The notes: generated by a model from the sequence alone, not told the origin. DNA of 26,782 bases from Gemmatimonadota bacterium (GCA_046758745.1 JBHIAV010000040.1:1-26782), one strand, 5' to 3'; shown: positions 11,647 through 22,191, counted from the stretch's first letter. Program-made: numbers and translations.

Positions 11647-12669
11647 ATGACGCTTCGAACAGCGGAGCGGGCGAGGGAGGAAGGGCGCGACGTCGAGCTC
11701 CTGGCCGCGCTGGCGGACGCGCGGGCCGCCCTCGAGGCGCAGATTGCACGGCGGATCGTCGGGCAGGCCGAGATCGTCGAGAAGCTACTCATCGCGCTCT
11801 TGGCCGCCGGGCACGCGCTCATCGTCGGCGTTCCCGGGCTGGCGAAGACGACCCTCGTCGCTACCCTCGCCGAGGCCCTGCGCCTGAAGTTCAGTCGGAT
11901 CCAGTTCACCCCGGACCTGATGCCTTCGGACATCACCGGGACCGAGGTGCTGGAGGAGGATCTCGAGACCGGGCGGCGCGTCTTCCGCTTCGTGCGGGGA
12001 CCGATCTTCGCGAACGTGATCCTGGCCGACGAGATCAACCGCACGCCACCGAAGACCCAGGCCGCGCTCCTGCAGGCGATGCAGGAAGGCGAGGTGACGG
12101 TCGCGAACGAAACCTTCCGGCTGGAGCGCCCGTTCTTCGTTCTCGCCACCCAGAACCCGATCGAGCAGGAAGGGACCTACCCCCTCCCGGAAGCCCAGCT
12201 GGACCGTTTCATGCTGGAGCTCCGCATCACATACCCGAGCGTGGCCGAGGAGAAGCGCGTGGCCGTGCTCATCCCGACGGGCGAGCCGGCCACCATCGAC
12301 CCCGTGCTCGGCGGGCGCGAGCTGGAGGAGCTCCAGGGCCTCGTTCGCCGGGTCCCCGCCCCTCCCTCGCTGGTCGAATACGCCGTCAAGTTGGCACGGT
12401 CCACGCGTCCCGTGGACGGCGAGGCGCCGCCGTTCGTCCGGGAGATGGTGAGCTGGGGGGCCGGGCCGAGAGCCTCCCAGTACCTCGTCCTCGGCGCCAA
12501 GGCGCGCGCGGCCCTCGACGGGCGGCCCGTACCGTGCCTGGAGGATGTGCGGGCCATCGCGCCAGACGTGCTCCGACACCGGATCGTGCCGGGGTTCGGG
12601 GCGGAGGCCGCCGGTCGGAGCGCCGAGGACCTCATCGAGGAACTGATCCGGACGAGCCGGGAATGGTAG
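11647..12669 (+). CDS. moxR: MoxR-family AAA+ ATPase
   Basis: Motifs GVPGLAKT, RIQFTPDLMPSDITG, LADEINR, ATQNPIEQEGTYPLPEAQLDRF. Confidence 0.95.
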   Translation: MTLRTAERAREEGRDVELLAALADARAALEAQIARRIVGQAEIVEKLLIALLAAGHALIVGVPGLAKTTLVATLAEALRLKFSRIQFTPDLMPSDITGTEVLEEDLETGRRVFRFVRGPIFANVILADEINRTPPKTQAALLQAMQEGEVTVANETFRLERPFFVLATQNPIEQEGTYPLPEAQLDRFMLELRITYPSVAEEKRVAVLIPTGEPATIDPVLGGRELEELQGLVRRVPAPPSLVEYAVKLARSTRPVDGEAPPFVREMVSWGAGPRASQYLVLGAKARAALDGRPVPCLEDVRAIAPDVLRHRIVPGFGAEAAGRSAEDLIEELIRTSREW

Positions 12670-12716
12670 AGTCGGGAGACCCAACATCAGCGCGCCGGCC
12701 CGCGACCGGCTGAGCG

Positions 12717-14012
12717 ATGCTCGGCACGCTGGGGCTCCTCGTCCTCCTCATCCTTCTGTCGGCCTGGTTCTCGGGCTCGGAGATCGCGCTCTTCTCCGTG
12801 CCGTTGACCCGGGCCCGCGCGCTGGCCGAGGAGGGGCGGCGAGGCGCGCAGGCCCTGGTGGACGTGAGATCCGACCCGGACCGCCTGCTCATCACCATCC
12901 TCATCGGCAACAACGTGGTGAACATCCTGGCGGCCTCGGTGGCCACCTACGCGGCCACGAACGCGGTCGGGTCGGCCGGGGTCGGGATCGCCACCGGCCT
13001 GATGACCCTGCTTATCCTCTTCTTCGGAGAGATCACTCCGAAGAGCTTCGCCGCCGCCAACGCCCTCCGAATCTCCCTCATGGCGGCACCTCTTTACCGG
13101 GTCCTGGCGCGCCTGCTCTTCTTCCTCGTCGCGCCGCTCGAGCGTCTGAACCGGGCCCTCCTTCCGAGGCGTCAGGGGATGCTTCCCAGAATCACCGAGG
13201 GGGAGATCCGGCAGCTCACGTGGCTCGGCCACCAGGCCGGCTCCATCGAAGCGCACGAGCGGGAACTGATCGAGCGGGCCCTCACGCTCGACACGACCCG
13301 AGCCTGGGAGGTCATGACGCCCAGGGTCGAGATCTTCGCCTGGCCCGCGTCGCGGCGGCTGGCCGACATCGCGCACAGGCTCGGGACCGTGCCCTACAGC
13401 CGGATCCCGGTCTACGGCGATTCCCTCGATGACATCACCGGGGTGGTCTACCTGAGGGACGCCTACCAGGCGCTCGTCTCTGCCCAGCGGGACGTGGAGT
13501 TAGGGGCGCTCGCCCGGAAGCCTTTCTTCGTGCCGGCGTCGGTCTCGGTGGTGAAGGTCCTCGGAGAGTTCCAGGCGAGACGGATCCACATGGGAATCGT
13601 GGTCGACGAGTACGGCGGGACGGACGGGCTCATCACGCTCGAGGACATCCTCGAGGAGCTGGTCGGCGAGATCATGGACGAGAAGGACGTGCCGGAGGAG
13701 TCCATCCGCCGCCTGAGCCGGAACGAGATCGTGGTGGAGGGCAGCGCCGATCTGCGGGAGATCAACCACTTCTTCAACACCAGCTTCCCCCTGCTCGAGC
13801 ACCGGTCGCTGAACGGCTATCTGCTCGAGGAGCTCGGTCGAGTTCCCGCCCGGGGCGAAAGGATCGAGCGGCAGGGGATCCGCATCGAGGTGCTGGCCGC
13901 CACCGAGACCCAGGTGCTGCGTGCCCGCCTCACACGCAGCACCCCGGCAGCGGCGCAGGGGACGGACCTGGCCGACAGCGCGACCGGTCGGTCCGGCGGC
14001 CCGGCCTCATGA
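12717..14012 (+). CDS. CNNM/hemolysin-family membrane protein (DUF21-CBS-CorC)
   Basis: FSGSEIAL, ILIGNNVVN, FGEITPK, VMTPR, YSRIPVY, VVDEYGGTDGLITLEDILEELVGEI. Confidence 0.93.
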   Translation: MLGTLGLLVLLILLSAWFSGSEIALFSVPLTRARALAEEGRRGAQALVDVRSDPDRLLITILIGNNVVNILAASVATYAATNAVGSAGVGIATGLMTLLILFFGEITPKSFAAANALRISLMAAPLYRVLARLLFFLVAPLERLNRALLPRRQGMLPRITEGEIRQLTWLGHQAGSIEAHERELIERALTLDTTRAWEVMTPRVEIFAWPASRRLADIAHRLGTVPYSRIPVYGDSLDDITGVVYLRDAYQALVSAQRDVELGALARKPFFVPASVSVVKVLGEFQARRIHMGIVVDEYGGTDGLITLEDILEELVGEIMDEKDVPEESIRRLSRNEIVVEGSADLREINHFFNTSFPLLEHRSLNGYLLEELGRVPARGERIERQGIRIEVLAATETQVLRARLTRSTPAAAQGTDLADSATGRSGGPAS

Positions 14013-15145
14013 GTGGGGCCGGCACGGTGGGGCGGGAGCCGGAAGCAGTCGTGCTCGGCGCCGGCATCGCCGGTTGCTGCGTCGCACTCGCCCTGCGCGC
14101 CCTCGGAGTCTCCGTCGCCCTCGTCGAGCGGAATGGGCCCGGAGGGAGGGCCACACGGGCCTCGGCCGGCATGCTCGCCGCGCAGTACGAGTCGGCAGCG
14201 GGCACGCCTCTCTTCCGACTCGCCGTCGAGGGCCGGCTCCGCTACCCCGCTTTCGTCGAGCGGCTCGAGTCGCTGAGCGGACGGAGGGTCGGCTGGCGCG
14301 TCCGCGGCATGCTTGTGGCCAACGCCGACCCGGCGATGAGCGCGGAGGCCGACGCCGCGGCGGTCCGACAGCGCGAGGCCGGGCTGCGGGCCGAGACGCT
14401 CCCAGGGGAGGAGGCCGCTCGGCTGCAACCGGGCCTCCAGACCGGCGTAGACTCCTGGCTGTGGCTCCCGGATGAGGCGCAGGTCGATGCACGGGAGCTG
14501 GCGGAAGCTCTGGGGGAGGCCGTCGCTCGGGCCGGGGTCCGAGTGGCCGCGGGGTGCGAGGCGGCCGGCATCGCGGAGAGGTCGGGACGGGTGCGTGGCG
14601 TGGTGCTCTCCGACGGCACTCGTTTCGAGGCGCGACGCGTCGTGGTGGCCTGCGGAGCGTGGTCGGGGAGCCTGGACGGGCTTCCGCGCCCTCTGCCCGT
14701 GCGGCCGATACGGGGCCAGGTGCTGCGACTCCCCTCCCCGGAACCTCCCGTCCGGCGCCTCGTCGCCGACCATCGGGGCCACTACCTGGTGCCCTGCGCC
14801 GACGGCACGCTGCTCGCCGGAAGCACGATGGAGGACGCGGGTTTCGACGCCACCACGAGCGAGGAAGGAGTGGCCGCCATCCTCGAGGCGGTCGCCGCCC
14901 TCTTTCCGGCGGTCCGGGGGGCGCGGCCCCTGGAGGAGTGGGCGGGCCTCCGTCCCATGGCCGAGGACGACCTGCCGGTCCTGGGACCGGACCCCGAGAT
15001 GGAGGGGCTCCTCTACGCGACGGGATACGGGCGAAACGGCATCCTTGTGGCCCCCCTGGCGGGCGAAGCGGTGGCCCGGCTCGCTCTCGACAGAGAGCCG
15101 GAGCTCGAGTGGCGGGCCTTCCGCCCCGATCGCTTCGGCGACTAG
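14009..15145 (+). CDS. thiO: FAD-dependent glycine oxidase (ThiO/DadA family)
   Basis: GAGIAG Rossmann motif, ASAGML, WAGLRP, ATGYGRNGILVAP. Confidence 0.8.
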   Translation: MSGAGTVGREPEAVVLGAGIAGCCVALALRALGVSVALVERNGPGGRATRASAGMLAAQYESAAGTPLFRLAVEGRLRYPAFVERLESLSGRRVGWRVRGMLVANADPAMSAEADAAAVRQREAGLRAETLPGEEAARLQPGLQTGVDSWLWLPDEAQVDARELAEALGEAVARAGVRVAAGCEAAGIAERSGRVRGVVLSDGTRFEARRVVVACGAWSGSLDGLPRPLPVRPIRGQVLRLPSPEPPVRRLVADHRGHYLVPCADGTLLAGSTMEDAGFDATTSEEGVAAILEAVAALFPAVRGARPLEEWAGLRPMAEDDLPVLGPDPEMEGLLYATGYGRNGILVAPLAGEAVARLALDREPELEWRAFRPDRFGD

Positions 15146-15159
15146 CGCATCCGCGGCCC

Positions 15160-15936
15160 CTACGCCCCCAGCAAGCCGCGGTACCAATCCACCAGCGTCT
15201 CCCCGGCGAGGAAGGTGACCGCTCCGCCCACGGCGAGGAAGACCCCGAACGGAACGAGCTGCTTGGTCTTGAGGCTGATCGGACCGAAGATCAGCGAACC
15301 GGTGAGGGCGCCGAGGAAGATGGTGAGCATGGCGCCGACCGGCCCGAGGAAGGCACCGAGCATCGCCATCATCTTCATGTCACCGCCGCCCATCGCCGGC
15401 TTCTTGAAGATCCATTCCCCGGCCAGACCGGCAGCGAACAGGACCAGATAGCCGAGGCCGGCTCCGACGAGCGCCGACAGGGGCGTCGGCGGGCCGGGAA
15501 GGAGGGAGAGGGCCAGACCCGCGCCCAGCCCACTCAGGCTCAGCACGTCGGGGATCAGGTAATGCCTGCCGTCGATGACGGCGATGGCGAGGAGGAGGCT
15601 GAACAGCACCGAGCCGCGGAGCGAGTGCCAGCTGGGTCCGTAGATCGCAGCCAGCCCCAGCCAGATGAGGATGGTCGCCAGCTCGACCGCGGGGTACTGA
15701 AGCGAGATTCGCTCCCGACACGCGCGGCAGCGTCCCCGCACGAGGAGAAAGCCGAGGAGGGGAACGTTGTCGTGCCACGCGATGGGACAGCCGCACGAGG
15801 GGCAGCGCGAGCGCGGGCGTACGACGCTCTCCCCCACCGGGAGCCGCGCGATGCACACGTTGAGGAACGAACCGACCGCACCGCCCAGAAGAGCCGTGTA
15901 GGCGAGGAACAGCGCCTCAATCCGCGGCAACCTCAC
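15160..15936 (-). CDS. pilD: Prepilin peptidase/N-methyltransferase (A24, PilD-like); start approximate
   Basis: GSFLNVCIARLP, two CxxC pairs (CPSC, CRAC), IDGRHYLIPD, MGGGDMKM, VPFGVFL. Confidence 0.93.
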   Translation of the reverse strand: MRLPRIEALFLAYTALLGGAVGSFLNVCIARLPVGESVVRPRSRCPSCGCPIAWHDNVPLLGFLLVRGRCRACRERISLQYPAVELATILIWLGLAAIYGPSWHSLRGSVLFSLLLAIAVIDGRHYLIPDVLSLSGLGAGLALSLLPGPPTPLSALVGAGLGYLVLFAAGLAGEWIFKKPAMGGGDMKMMAMLGAFLGPVGAMLTIFLGALTGSLIFGPISLKTKQLVPFGVFLAVGGAVTFLAGETLVDWYRGLLGA

Positions 15937-16696
15937 CCCCGAAGATCCGGTCCATGAGGATCGCCCCGGCGGCGGCCACGTTGAGCGACTCCAGCCGCCC
16001 GCCGAGGGGCACCCCGACGCGGCGCGCCGCGTCACGGAGCACGGCTGCCGAGATCCCGGCGCCCTCATTGCCGAGAGCCAGGGCGAGGCGTGAGGGCGCG
16101 GCGTCGCCCCGCCGGTACGGCTGCCCGGTCGCCTCGGCCGCCCAGGTCACCACCTCGCGCGCTCGGAGCTCCTCCGCCACCTCTTCCCAATCGCCGGCGA
16201 GAATCGGGATTCGCAGCGTGGAGCCGGCGGCCGCGCGGGCGACCTTGGGACTCCAGGGGTCCGCCGTGCCCGGGAGGACCACGACTCCCCCCAACCCCAT
16301 CCCCTCGGCCGTGCGCACGAGGGTGCCGAGGTTGCCCGGGTCTTGCACGGCGTCGAGCACGAGCAGACGAGGCGTCGTCACGTGGGCCCAGCACCACCTC
16401 GGAATCTCGGCGACCGCCAGGATCCCCTGCGGCGTGATGGTGTCCGCGTAGTCACCGAGCTCCGCCTCCGAAACCTCCCCGCACGGAACCCCGGCACCAA
16501 CGCACCGATCGAGGAGTCCAGCCGCCTCCGGATCCACGGCGACGGCCCGGGTATAGAGGACCCTCACGATCGGTCGCCCCGAGGCGAGCAGTTCGCGAAG
16601 CAGGTGCGGGCCCTCGGCCAGGAAGAGGCCGTGCTCCGCGCGACCTTTGCGGGCGCGGAGCGATCGTAGCAGCTTTCCTACCGAGCGGCTCGACAT
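15917..16696 (-). CDS. TrmH/SpoU-family RNA methyltransferase
   Basis: FLAEG, TPQGILAV, VQDPGNLGTLVRTA, LGNEGAGIS, ESLNVAAAGAI. Confidence 0.92.
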   Translation of the reverse strand: MSSRSVGKLLRSLRARKGRAEHGLFLAEGPHLLRELLASGRPIVRVLYTRAVAVDPEAAGLLDRCVGAGVPCGEVSEAELGDYADTITPQGILAVAEIPRWCWAHVTTPRLLVLDAVQDPGNLGTLVRTAEGMGLGGVVVLPGTADPWSPKVARAAAGSTLRIPILAGDWEEVAEELRAREVVTWAAEATGQPYRRGDAAPSRLALALGNEGAGISAAVLRDAARRVGVPLGGRLESLNVAAAGAILMDRIFGGEVAAD

Positions 16697-16819
16697 GTCG
16701 CGCCTTCCGTGCGTACCATCGAAGTCCGGAGCGGGGCGGGGCGCGTGGGCTTCTCCCTGCGCCGGCTCGACGGTAAGGGCAGCCGCTACGGCCGGCAATG
16801 ACTTCGGAGGTCTGCGAGG

Positions 16820-17638
16820 ATGCGACCACGCGAGCGGGCGGGTGGTAACGGCGGACGATCCGCCGTGCTCCTCCTACTGCTGGGAACCGCCTGTATGTGG
16901 ACCCCGCCCCAGTACTCCTTCACGCCGGATGAGGAGGTCGAGCTCGGCCTCACCGTGGCCGAGCAGCTGAACCGGTCGCTCCCCTTCGTCGCCGATACGG
17001 GCGTGCTCGCCCTGATCCAGGGGGTGGGCGATGGCCTCGCCGGACAGATCGGCCGGGCGCGGCGAGCCTTCGAGCTGCGCGTCGTGGATCGAGGCTCCGT
17101 GAACGCTTTCTCCCTGCCGGGGGGCTTCATCTACATGAACCGCGGGTTGATCGAAGCCACGAAGAACATGGCCGAGATCGCGGGCGTGATCAGCCACGAG
17201 ATGGCTCACGTGATCGCCGGACACTCGGCCGAGCGGGTGGTGCACGCCCGCCGGACCCGGCTCGGGCTCACCGTCAGCCCGGCGGGCACGGGCGACCTCG
17301 GCGGGGTCATCTTCTTCGCCAACCACCACCGACTGGCCGAAGCCGAGGCGGACAGCCTGGCCGTGGGGCTCATGATCGACGCGGGGTGGGACCCGGCGGG
17401 CCTCGTGAGCTTCTTCCAGTCCATGCTGTGGCTCCGCGAGCACCGCCCCGGCGCGGTGCAGGAGCCCTTCCTCTCGCACCCGAGGCTGGAGGACCGGATC
17501 GAGAACGTCCGCAGGATCATCGAGCAGATCCCGGAGGAGCGGCGCCGCGGCCTGCGCATGTTCACGCTCGAGTACGAGGTGATGAAGCGGGCGCTCGCCG
17601 GACTTCCCACGACCGGCTGGAACGCGGCCGCACGGTGA
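16820..17638 (+). CDS. M48-family zinc metalloprotease, probable lipoprotein
   Basis: Lipobox-like [32 protein letters not shown]. Confidence 0.88.
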   Translation: MRPRERAGGNGGRSAVLLLLLGTACMWTPPQYSFTPDEEVELGLTVAEQLNRSLPFVADTGVLALIQGVGDGLAGQIGRARRAFELRVVDRGSVNAFSLPGGFIYMNRGLIEATKNMAEIAGVISHEMAHVIAGHSAERVVHARRTRLGLTVSPAGTGDLGGVIFFANHHRLAEAEADSLAVGLMIDAGWDPAGLVSFFQSMLWLREHRPGAVQEPFLSHPRLEDRIENVRRIIEQIPEERRRGLRMFTLEYEVMKRALAGLPTTGWNAAAR

Positions 17639-18522
17639 GGCCGGGCGATCCCGACGGGGCGGATGCGCCCCTCGGCGCTGCGCCCCCGACGCAACGGGTG
17701 CGCCGGCGGCCTGTTCGGGTCGCGCTGACGATCGCCGGCAGCGACTCGGGAGGGGGCGCCGGCATCCAGGCCGACCTCAAGACATTCCATGCATTCGGCG
17801 TATTCGGCACATCCGCCCTGACGGCGATCACGGCGCAGAACACGACCGGGGTGTTCGGCATCCAAAAGGTCGATCCGGACCTCGTCGCTGCCCAGATTCG
17901 GGTCGTCGCCGAGGACCTTCATCCCGCAGCCTGCAAGACCGGCATGCTGGCCGACGCGCCGATCATCGGCGCGGTGACGAGCGCCCTGCGCGAGTGCGAG
18001 ATCCCACACCTCGTGGTAGATCCGGTGATGGTGGCGGCCAGCGGCGACCCACTGCTCGAGGAGCCGGCCGTGGAGGCACTGCGATCGGAGCTGCTTCCGC
18101 TCGCTACGCTGGTGACTCCCAACCTGTACGAGACCGAGATGCTCTCCGGAATGGAGGTGGGGGACGAGACCGCCATGCGGTCGGCCGCCGAGAAGCTCGT
18201 CGCCTGCGGCTGCCGCGCCGTGCTCGTGAAGGGAGGCCACCTCTCCGGGAGCGAGGTGGTGGATGTGCTGTTCGACGGGGCCCGATGGCGTGAATGGCGC
18301 GCCCCCAGGCTCGAGCGGGGCAACGCACACGGCACCGGTTGCACCCTGTCCGCAGCCATCGCCGCCGGCCTGGCGCACGGCGCCGACCTGCTGGAGGCGG
18401 TCGAGGCCGGGCTGTCGTTCACGCGCCGCGCGATCGCCGGAGCCCCGGGGCTCGGTGCGGGCGGCACGCCGCTCGACCACTGGGCGGCGGTCGAGCCTCG
18501 CCCGGCGCGAACGCGCTGCTAG
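17635..18522 (+). CDS. thiD: Hydroxymethylpyrimidine/phosphomethylpyrimidine kinase; start GTG 17635 or 17698
   Basis: [48 protein letters not shown]. Confidence 0.95.
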   Translation: MRPGDPDGADAPLGAAPPTQRVRRRPVRVALTIAGSDSGGGAGIQADLKTFHAFGVFGTSALTAITAQNTTGVFGIQKVDPDLVAAQIRVVAEDLHPAACKTGMLADAPIIGAVTSALRECEIPHLVVDPVMVAASGDPLLEEPAVEALRSELLPLATLVTPNLYETEMLSGMEVGDETAMRSAAEKLVACGCRAVLVKGGHLSGSEVVDVLFDGARWREWRAPRLERGNAHGTGCTLSAAIAAGLAHGADLLEAVEAGLSFTRRAIAGAPGLGAGGTPLDHWAAVEPRPARTRC

Positions 18523-19469
18523 TCGAGCCGTCCCTCCCTTCCGATCCGCTCCACGGCGACCAGTACGAGCCGCTGGAAAGCCTCCGCCACCCGCGCCGTC
18601 GTCTCGAGCACCTCGTCGTGGGTCAGGGGTTCTGGACTGATCCCGGCGGCGAGGTTGGTGATGCAGCTCACGCCGAAGCACCGCACACCTCGTGCGCGCG
18701 CCGCGAGGACCTCCGGCACGGTGGACATGCCGACCGCGTCGGCGCCGAACCGTTGGATCATCCGGACCTCCGCCGGCGTCTCGTAGCTCGGTCCGAGGAG
18801 ACCGGCGTACACGCCCTCCCGCAGAGGGATCCGAGCCTCTCGCGCCGCGTCGCGTACCGAGGCGCGCAGGCCAGAGTCGTAGCAGTCGTGCATGTCCGGC
18901 CACCGCGACTCGCCGTCCTTCACCGGTCCGATGAGAGGGTTGCGCCACATCAGATTCAGATGGTCGCAGATGAGCATGAGGTCGCCGGGGCGGAAGAGCC
19001 GGTTGATCCCACCGGCGGCATTGCTCACGAAGAGAGCCCGGATGCCGAGCGTCGCCAGGGCGCGCACGGGGGTGACGACGACGTCCGGGGAGTGTCCTTC
19101 GTACAGGTGGGCCCGGCCGGTCAGCGCGATCGCGGGAACGCCGCCGAGGGTTCCGGCCACGACCTTTCCTTCGTGTCCGACCACGCCGACGGGCGGCCAG
19201 GCAGGCAGCTCGGAGTACGGGATCACCCGCGCCTCTTCGAACCTCTCGGCCAGGCCGCCGAGGCCGGAGCCGAGCACGAGCCCGAGCCGCGCCCGGAACC
19301 CTCCGAGCCGCGCCCCCAGGACGGCTGCCGCGCGCTCGTAGCCGGCGTGGCCTTGCGCTGCGCCTGGACCGTCTCGCCCCCTGCCCGGCGCCTCTCCCTT
19401 CCCCCGGCCGCCTTTGCTCTCCTGCCGCCCGGAGGCGGCCCCTGCGGCCGCGCGCTCCGAGGCCCTCAC
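18519..19469 (-). CDS. Purine nucleoside phosphorylase (trimeric, PunA/XapA-like)
   Basis: LVLGSGLG, GRAHLYEG, SNAAGG, GPSYETPAE, GADAVGMSTVPE. A GTG start overlaps the nupC stop. Confidence 0.93.
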   Translation of the reverse strand: MRASERAAAGAASGRQESKGGRGKGEAPGRGRDGPGAAQGHAGYERAAAVLGARLGGFRARLGLVLGSGLGGLAERFEEARVIPYSELPAWPPVGVVGHEGKVVAGTLGGVPAIALTGRAHLYEGHSPDVVVTPVRALATLGIRALFVSNAAGGINRLFRPGDLMLICDHLNLMWRNPLIGPVKDGESRWPDMHDCYDSGLRASVRDAAREARIPLREGVYAGLLGPSYETPAEVRMIQRFGADAVGMSTVPEVLAARARGVRCFGVSCITNLAAGISPEPLTHDEVLETTARVAEAFQRLVLVAVERIGREGRLD

Positions 19470-21079
19470 GCCAGCACCCCCGCCAGGGTGGCCGTCATCC
19501 ACGTCGCGGTGGTGCCGCCCAACATGGCTCGCAGGCCGAGGCGGGAGAGATCGTGGCGCCGCTCCGGTGCGATGCCCCCGATCCCCCCGATCTGAATCGC
19601 GATGGAGGAGAAGTTGGCGAAGCCCGTCAGGGCGTATGTCGTCATCACGACGGACTTCGGGGAGAGCTGCGTCCCGGTCGCCAGGTCGGTCGCCAGGCTC
19701 TGGAACGCCACGAACTCGTTCGCCACCATCTTCATGCCGAACAGGCTCCCCACGTGGACCGCATCGGCCCACGGGATCCCCAGGATCCAGGCCACCGGTG
19801 CGAACAGCCAGCCGAAGATCGTCTCCAGAGTCACACCCTCGACGCCGAAGAGGCCGAGGAGCCAGCCGAGGAGCCCGTTTCCGAGCGCGATGAGGGCAAG
19901 GAAGGCGAGAAGCATGGCGCCGACGTTGAGCGCCAGGCGGAGGCCGTCCGCCGCGCCGCCCGCCGCCGCGTCGATCACGTTCACGTAGGGCTGCTCCAGC
20001 TCGAGCCGCAGGCTCCCCCTGGTCTTCGGCTCCTCGGTCTCGGGGAAGAGCATCTTGCTCACCACGATCCCCGCGGGCGCCGCCATGATGCTGGCGGCCA
20101 GCAGATGGCCGGCGATGGTCGGGAAGAAGGTGTAAAGCATCCCCACATAGGCGGCCATCACGCCCCCGGCCACGGTGGCGAACCCCCCGGTCATCACCGT
20201 GTTCAGCTCCGAGTCCGTCATGGTGGCGACGAACGGCTTGATGAGCAGGGGCGCCTCCGTCTGCCCGACGAAAATGTTGCCGGCGGCCGAGACCGTCTCC
20301 GCCCCGCTGGTGCGCAGGCTCTTCTGCATCAGCCACGCCACGCCCCGCACGACCCGCTGCATGATCCCCAGGTAGTAGAGGAGCGTCATCAACGCGGAGA
20401 AGAAGATGATCGTCGTCAGGACGCTGAACGCGAAGTGGGCGTTGAGGTGGACGCTCCCCCCACCACCGCCCGTTACCGGGACGGTTGGATCGACCAGACC
20501 GCCGAAGAGAAAAGCGGCGCCGCTGTTCGTGTATCCGATGAGGGCTATGAAGACGTCGTTCACCACTCGGAAGAACCCCTGTCCCCAGGTGCTCTTGAGG
20601 ACGAGGATAGCGAAGAGGAGCTGCAGGAGGAGTCCCTTCGCGACGAGCGACCAGTCAATGGATCGGCGTCGCGCCGAGAAGATCCACAGCACGACCAGGA
20701 TGCTCGACATGCCGAGAAGGCCGCGCAGCACGCGGTTCCACAGGGGGATGTCGATCTTCTGGGAGATCAGCGTCCCGCCCCCCTCGTTCGCCCCCTGCGG
20801 CCCGGTTATCCCGGCACGCAACTGGGCGCCCATCCGACGGCCGATGGGCGGTCGCGCCGAGGCGAGCCGTCCCGCCGGATCCTCACGCGCCTCGCCTCCC
20901 TGTTCGGCGGGAGGCTCGGCCGCGGCTGCCGCCGGTGGGAGGACCGGCTCCGGGGGGGCTCCGAAGCCGGTCGGCGGCCCGTCTGCCGCGAAAGCCGTCC
21001 GACAGGTGCAGCCGAGCAGGAACATCACGGCGACCAGCCGCCCCGCTCTCCGCCCGCCCGACCCGCGCACTTCGACCAT
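19466..21079 (-). CDS. nupC: NupC/CNT-family nucleoside transporter with long N-terminal extension
   Basis: [42 protein letters not shown] 21079 follows AAGGAG. Confidence 0.92.
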   Translation of the reverse strand: MVEVRGSGGRRAGRLVAVMFLLGCTCRTAFAADGPPTGFGAPPEPVLPPAAAAAEPPAEQGGEAREDPAGRLASARPPIGRRMGAQLRAGITGPQGANEGGGTLISQKIDIPLWNRVLRGLLGMSSILVVLWIFSARRRSIDWSLVAKGLLLQLLFAILVLKSTWGQGFFRVVNDVFIALIGYTNSGAAFLFGGLVDPTVPVTGGGGGSVHLNAHFAFSVLTTIIFFSALMTLLYYLGIMQRVVRGVAWLMQKSLRTSGAETVSAAGNIFVGQTEAPLLIKPFVATMTDSELNTVMTGGFATVAGGVMAAYVGMLYTFFPTIAGHLLAASIMAAPAGIVVSKMLFPETEEPKTRGSLRLELEQPYVNVIDAAAGGAADGLRLALNVGAMLLAFLALIALGNGLLGWLLGLFGVEGVTLETIFGWLFAPVAWILGIPWADAVHVGSLFGMKMVANEFVAFQSLATDLATGTQLSPKSVVMTTYALTGFANFSSIAIQIGGIGGIAPERRHDLSRLGLRAMLGGTTATWMTATLAGVLA

Positions 21080-21135
21080 CGCCCGCTCCTTTTCGCCCGG
21101 TCGAGCCCGGCGCCGCTCGCCGCAGCGCCGGCCGG

Positions 21136-21894
21136 CTACCACCAGCCGCGGCCGATATCGTCCCGCGTCAGCTTCCGTCTTCCCCGCTTCGCCGCGACGA
21201 GAAGGCGCCGCGCGAAGGGCTTCACCAGAACCACCCCGGCCAGGAAACCGCCGACGTGAGCCCAGAACGCCACGCCGCCCCCCATCGAGCCGCCGGCCGC
21301 GCCCATGAAAAGCTGAAGCACGAACCAGTATCCGAGGAGAACGAAGGCGGGCAGCGCGAAGACGCGCACGAAGATAACGAAGATCACGAGCGTGTAAACG
21401 CGGACACGCGGGTAGAGGATCAGGTACGCCCCCATCACGCCGCTGATCGCGCCCGACGCGCCGACCGTCGGAACGCCGCTTCCGGGCACGGAGAGGATGT
21501 GGGCACCGGCCGCGATGAGACCGGCCAGAAGGTAGAAGAGCAGGAATCGGAAGTGCCCCATCGAGTCCTCGATGTTGTTCCCGAACACCCACAGGAACCA
21601 CATGTTGCCGATCAGGTGCCCCCACCCGCCGTGCAGGAACATCGAGGTGATGAGGGTTCCCTCCACGAGCCCGCCCGTGCGACAGCGCACCGGGCCGAGA
21701 GAGACCCACTCGCCCGGCGAGAGCACACCCGTGATCTCTCCGGGGATCGTGCCGTACGCGCACAGCGACTGCAGGAAGGGCCCGCTCGCGCCCGCGCCCT
21801 GGACGAAGAGCCACACCGCGACGTTGGCGGCTATGAGGGCAACCGTGAAGAGAGGAACCAGCTCGGTGGGGTTCTCATCGCGGAGCGGGAACAT
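21136..21894 (-). CDS. Rhomboid intramembrane serine protease
   Basis: [22 protein letters not shown] (catalytic Ser), AHVGGF (catalytic His). Confidence 0.94.
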   Translation of the reverse strand: MFPLRDENPTELVPLFTVALIAANVAVWLFVQGAGASGPFLQSLCAYGTIPGEITGVLSPGEWVSLGPVRCRTGGLVEGTLITSMFLHGGWGHLIGNMWFLWVFGNNIEDSMGHFRFLLFYLLAGLIAAGAHILSVPGSGVPTVGASGAISGVMGAYLILYPRVRVYTLVIFVIFVRVFALPAFVLLGYWFVLQLFMGAAGGSMGGGVAFWAHVGGFLAGVVLVKPFARRLLVAAKRGRRKLTRDDIGRGWW

Positions 21895-21940
21895 GCGCGC
21901 AGGTTAGATGGGGCGCGGAACGCGCGCAATCGCGCTCGGC

Positions 21941-22014
21941 GGGAGGCCATCCTTCCCGGGCGCGCTCCCGGCAGGGAGGCCATCCTTGCCCGGGCGCGCT
22001 CCCGGCAGGGAGGC
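21941..22014. repeat. Tandem direct repeat, 33/34-bp unit x2 plus a partial copy
   Basis: GGGAGGCCATCCTT(G)CCCGGGCGCGCTCCCGGCA at 21941-21973 and 21974-22007, then GGGAGGC. Confidence 0.9.
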
Positions 22015-22089
22015 GCTGCCACTCTGACACGAAAAGCTCCCGGCGGTGCCAGAATGTCGGGAAATCCGGGCCCAGGAAGGGACGGACCC

Positions 22090-22105
22090 GGGCATATGGC
22101 TTGCA
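22090..22105 (+). promoter_or_regulatory. Candidate sigma54 (-24/-12) promoter of dnaK
   Basis: GGGCAT-ATGGC-TTGCA versus consensus TGGCAC-N5-TTGCA, with GG-N10-GC spacing intact. Confidence 0.6.
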
Positions 22106-22191
22106 CCCTCCCCGAGGCGGCTCCGCCCCCCACGGCCCGCGGGCCGGTGTGGGAGCGGCCTTCAGACAACGCACTTTACGGGGAACTCAGC

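Noticed and set aside
11360-17700. TPP riboswitch upstream of the thiO or thiD units
   Set aside because: I did not find the conserved riboswitch core in a suitable intergenic context; a covariance-model search would be decisive.
18519-21814. Long track ORFs (605 aa, 782 aa) suggesting fusions or frameshifts among rhomboid, nupC and PNP
   Set aside because: These are stop-poor upstream extensions in GC-rich DNA; each gene has its own plausible start.
20935-22191. Apparent 419-aa N-terminal extension of DnaK
   Set aside because: It overlaps the antisense rhomboid gene and the promoter region; canonical [10 protein letters not shown] starts at 22192.
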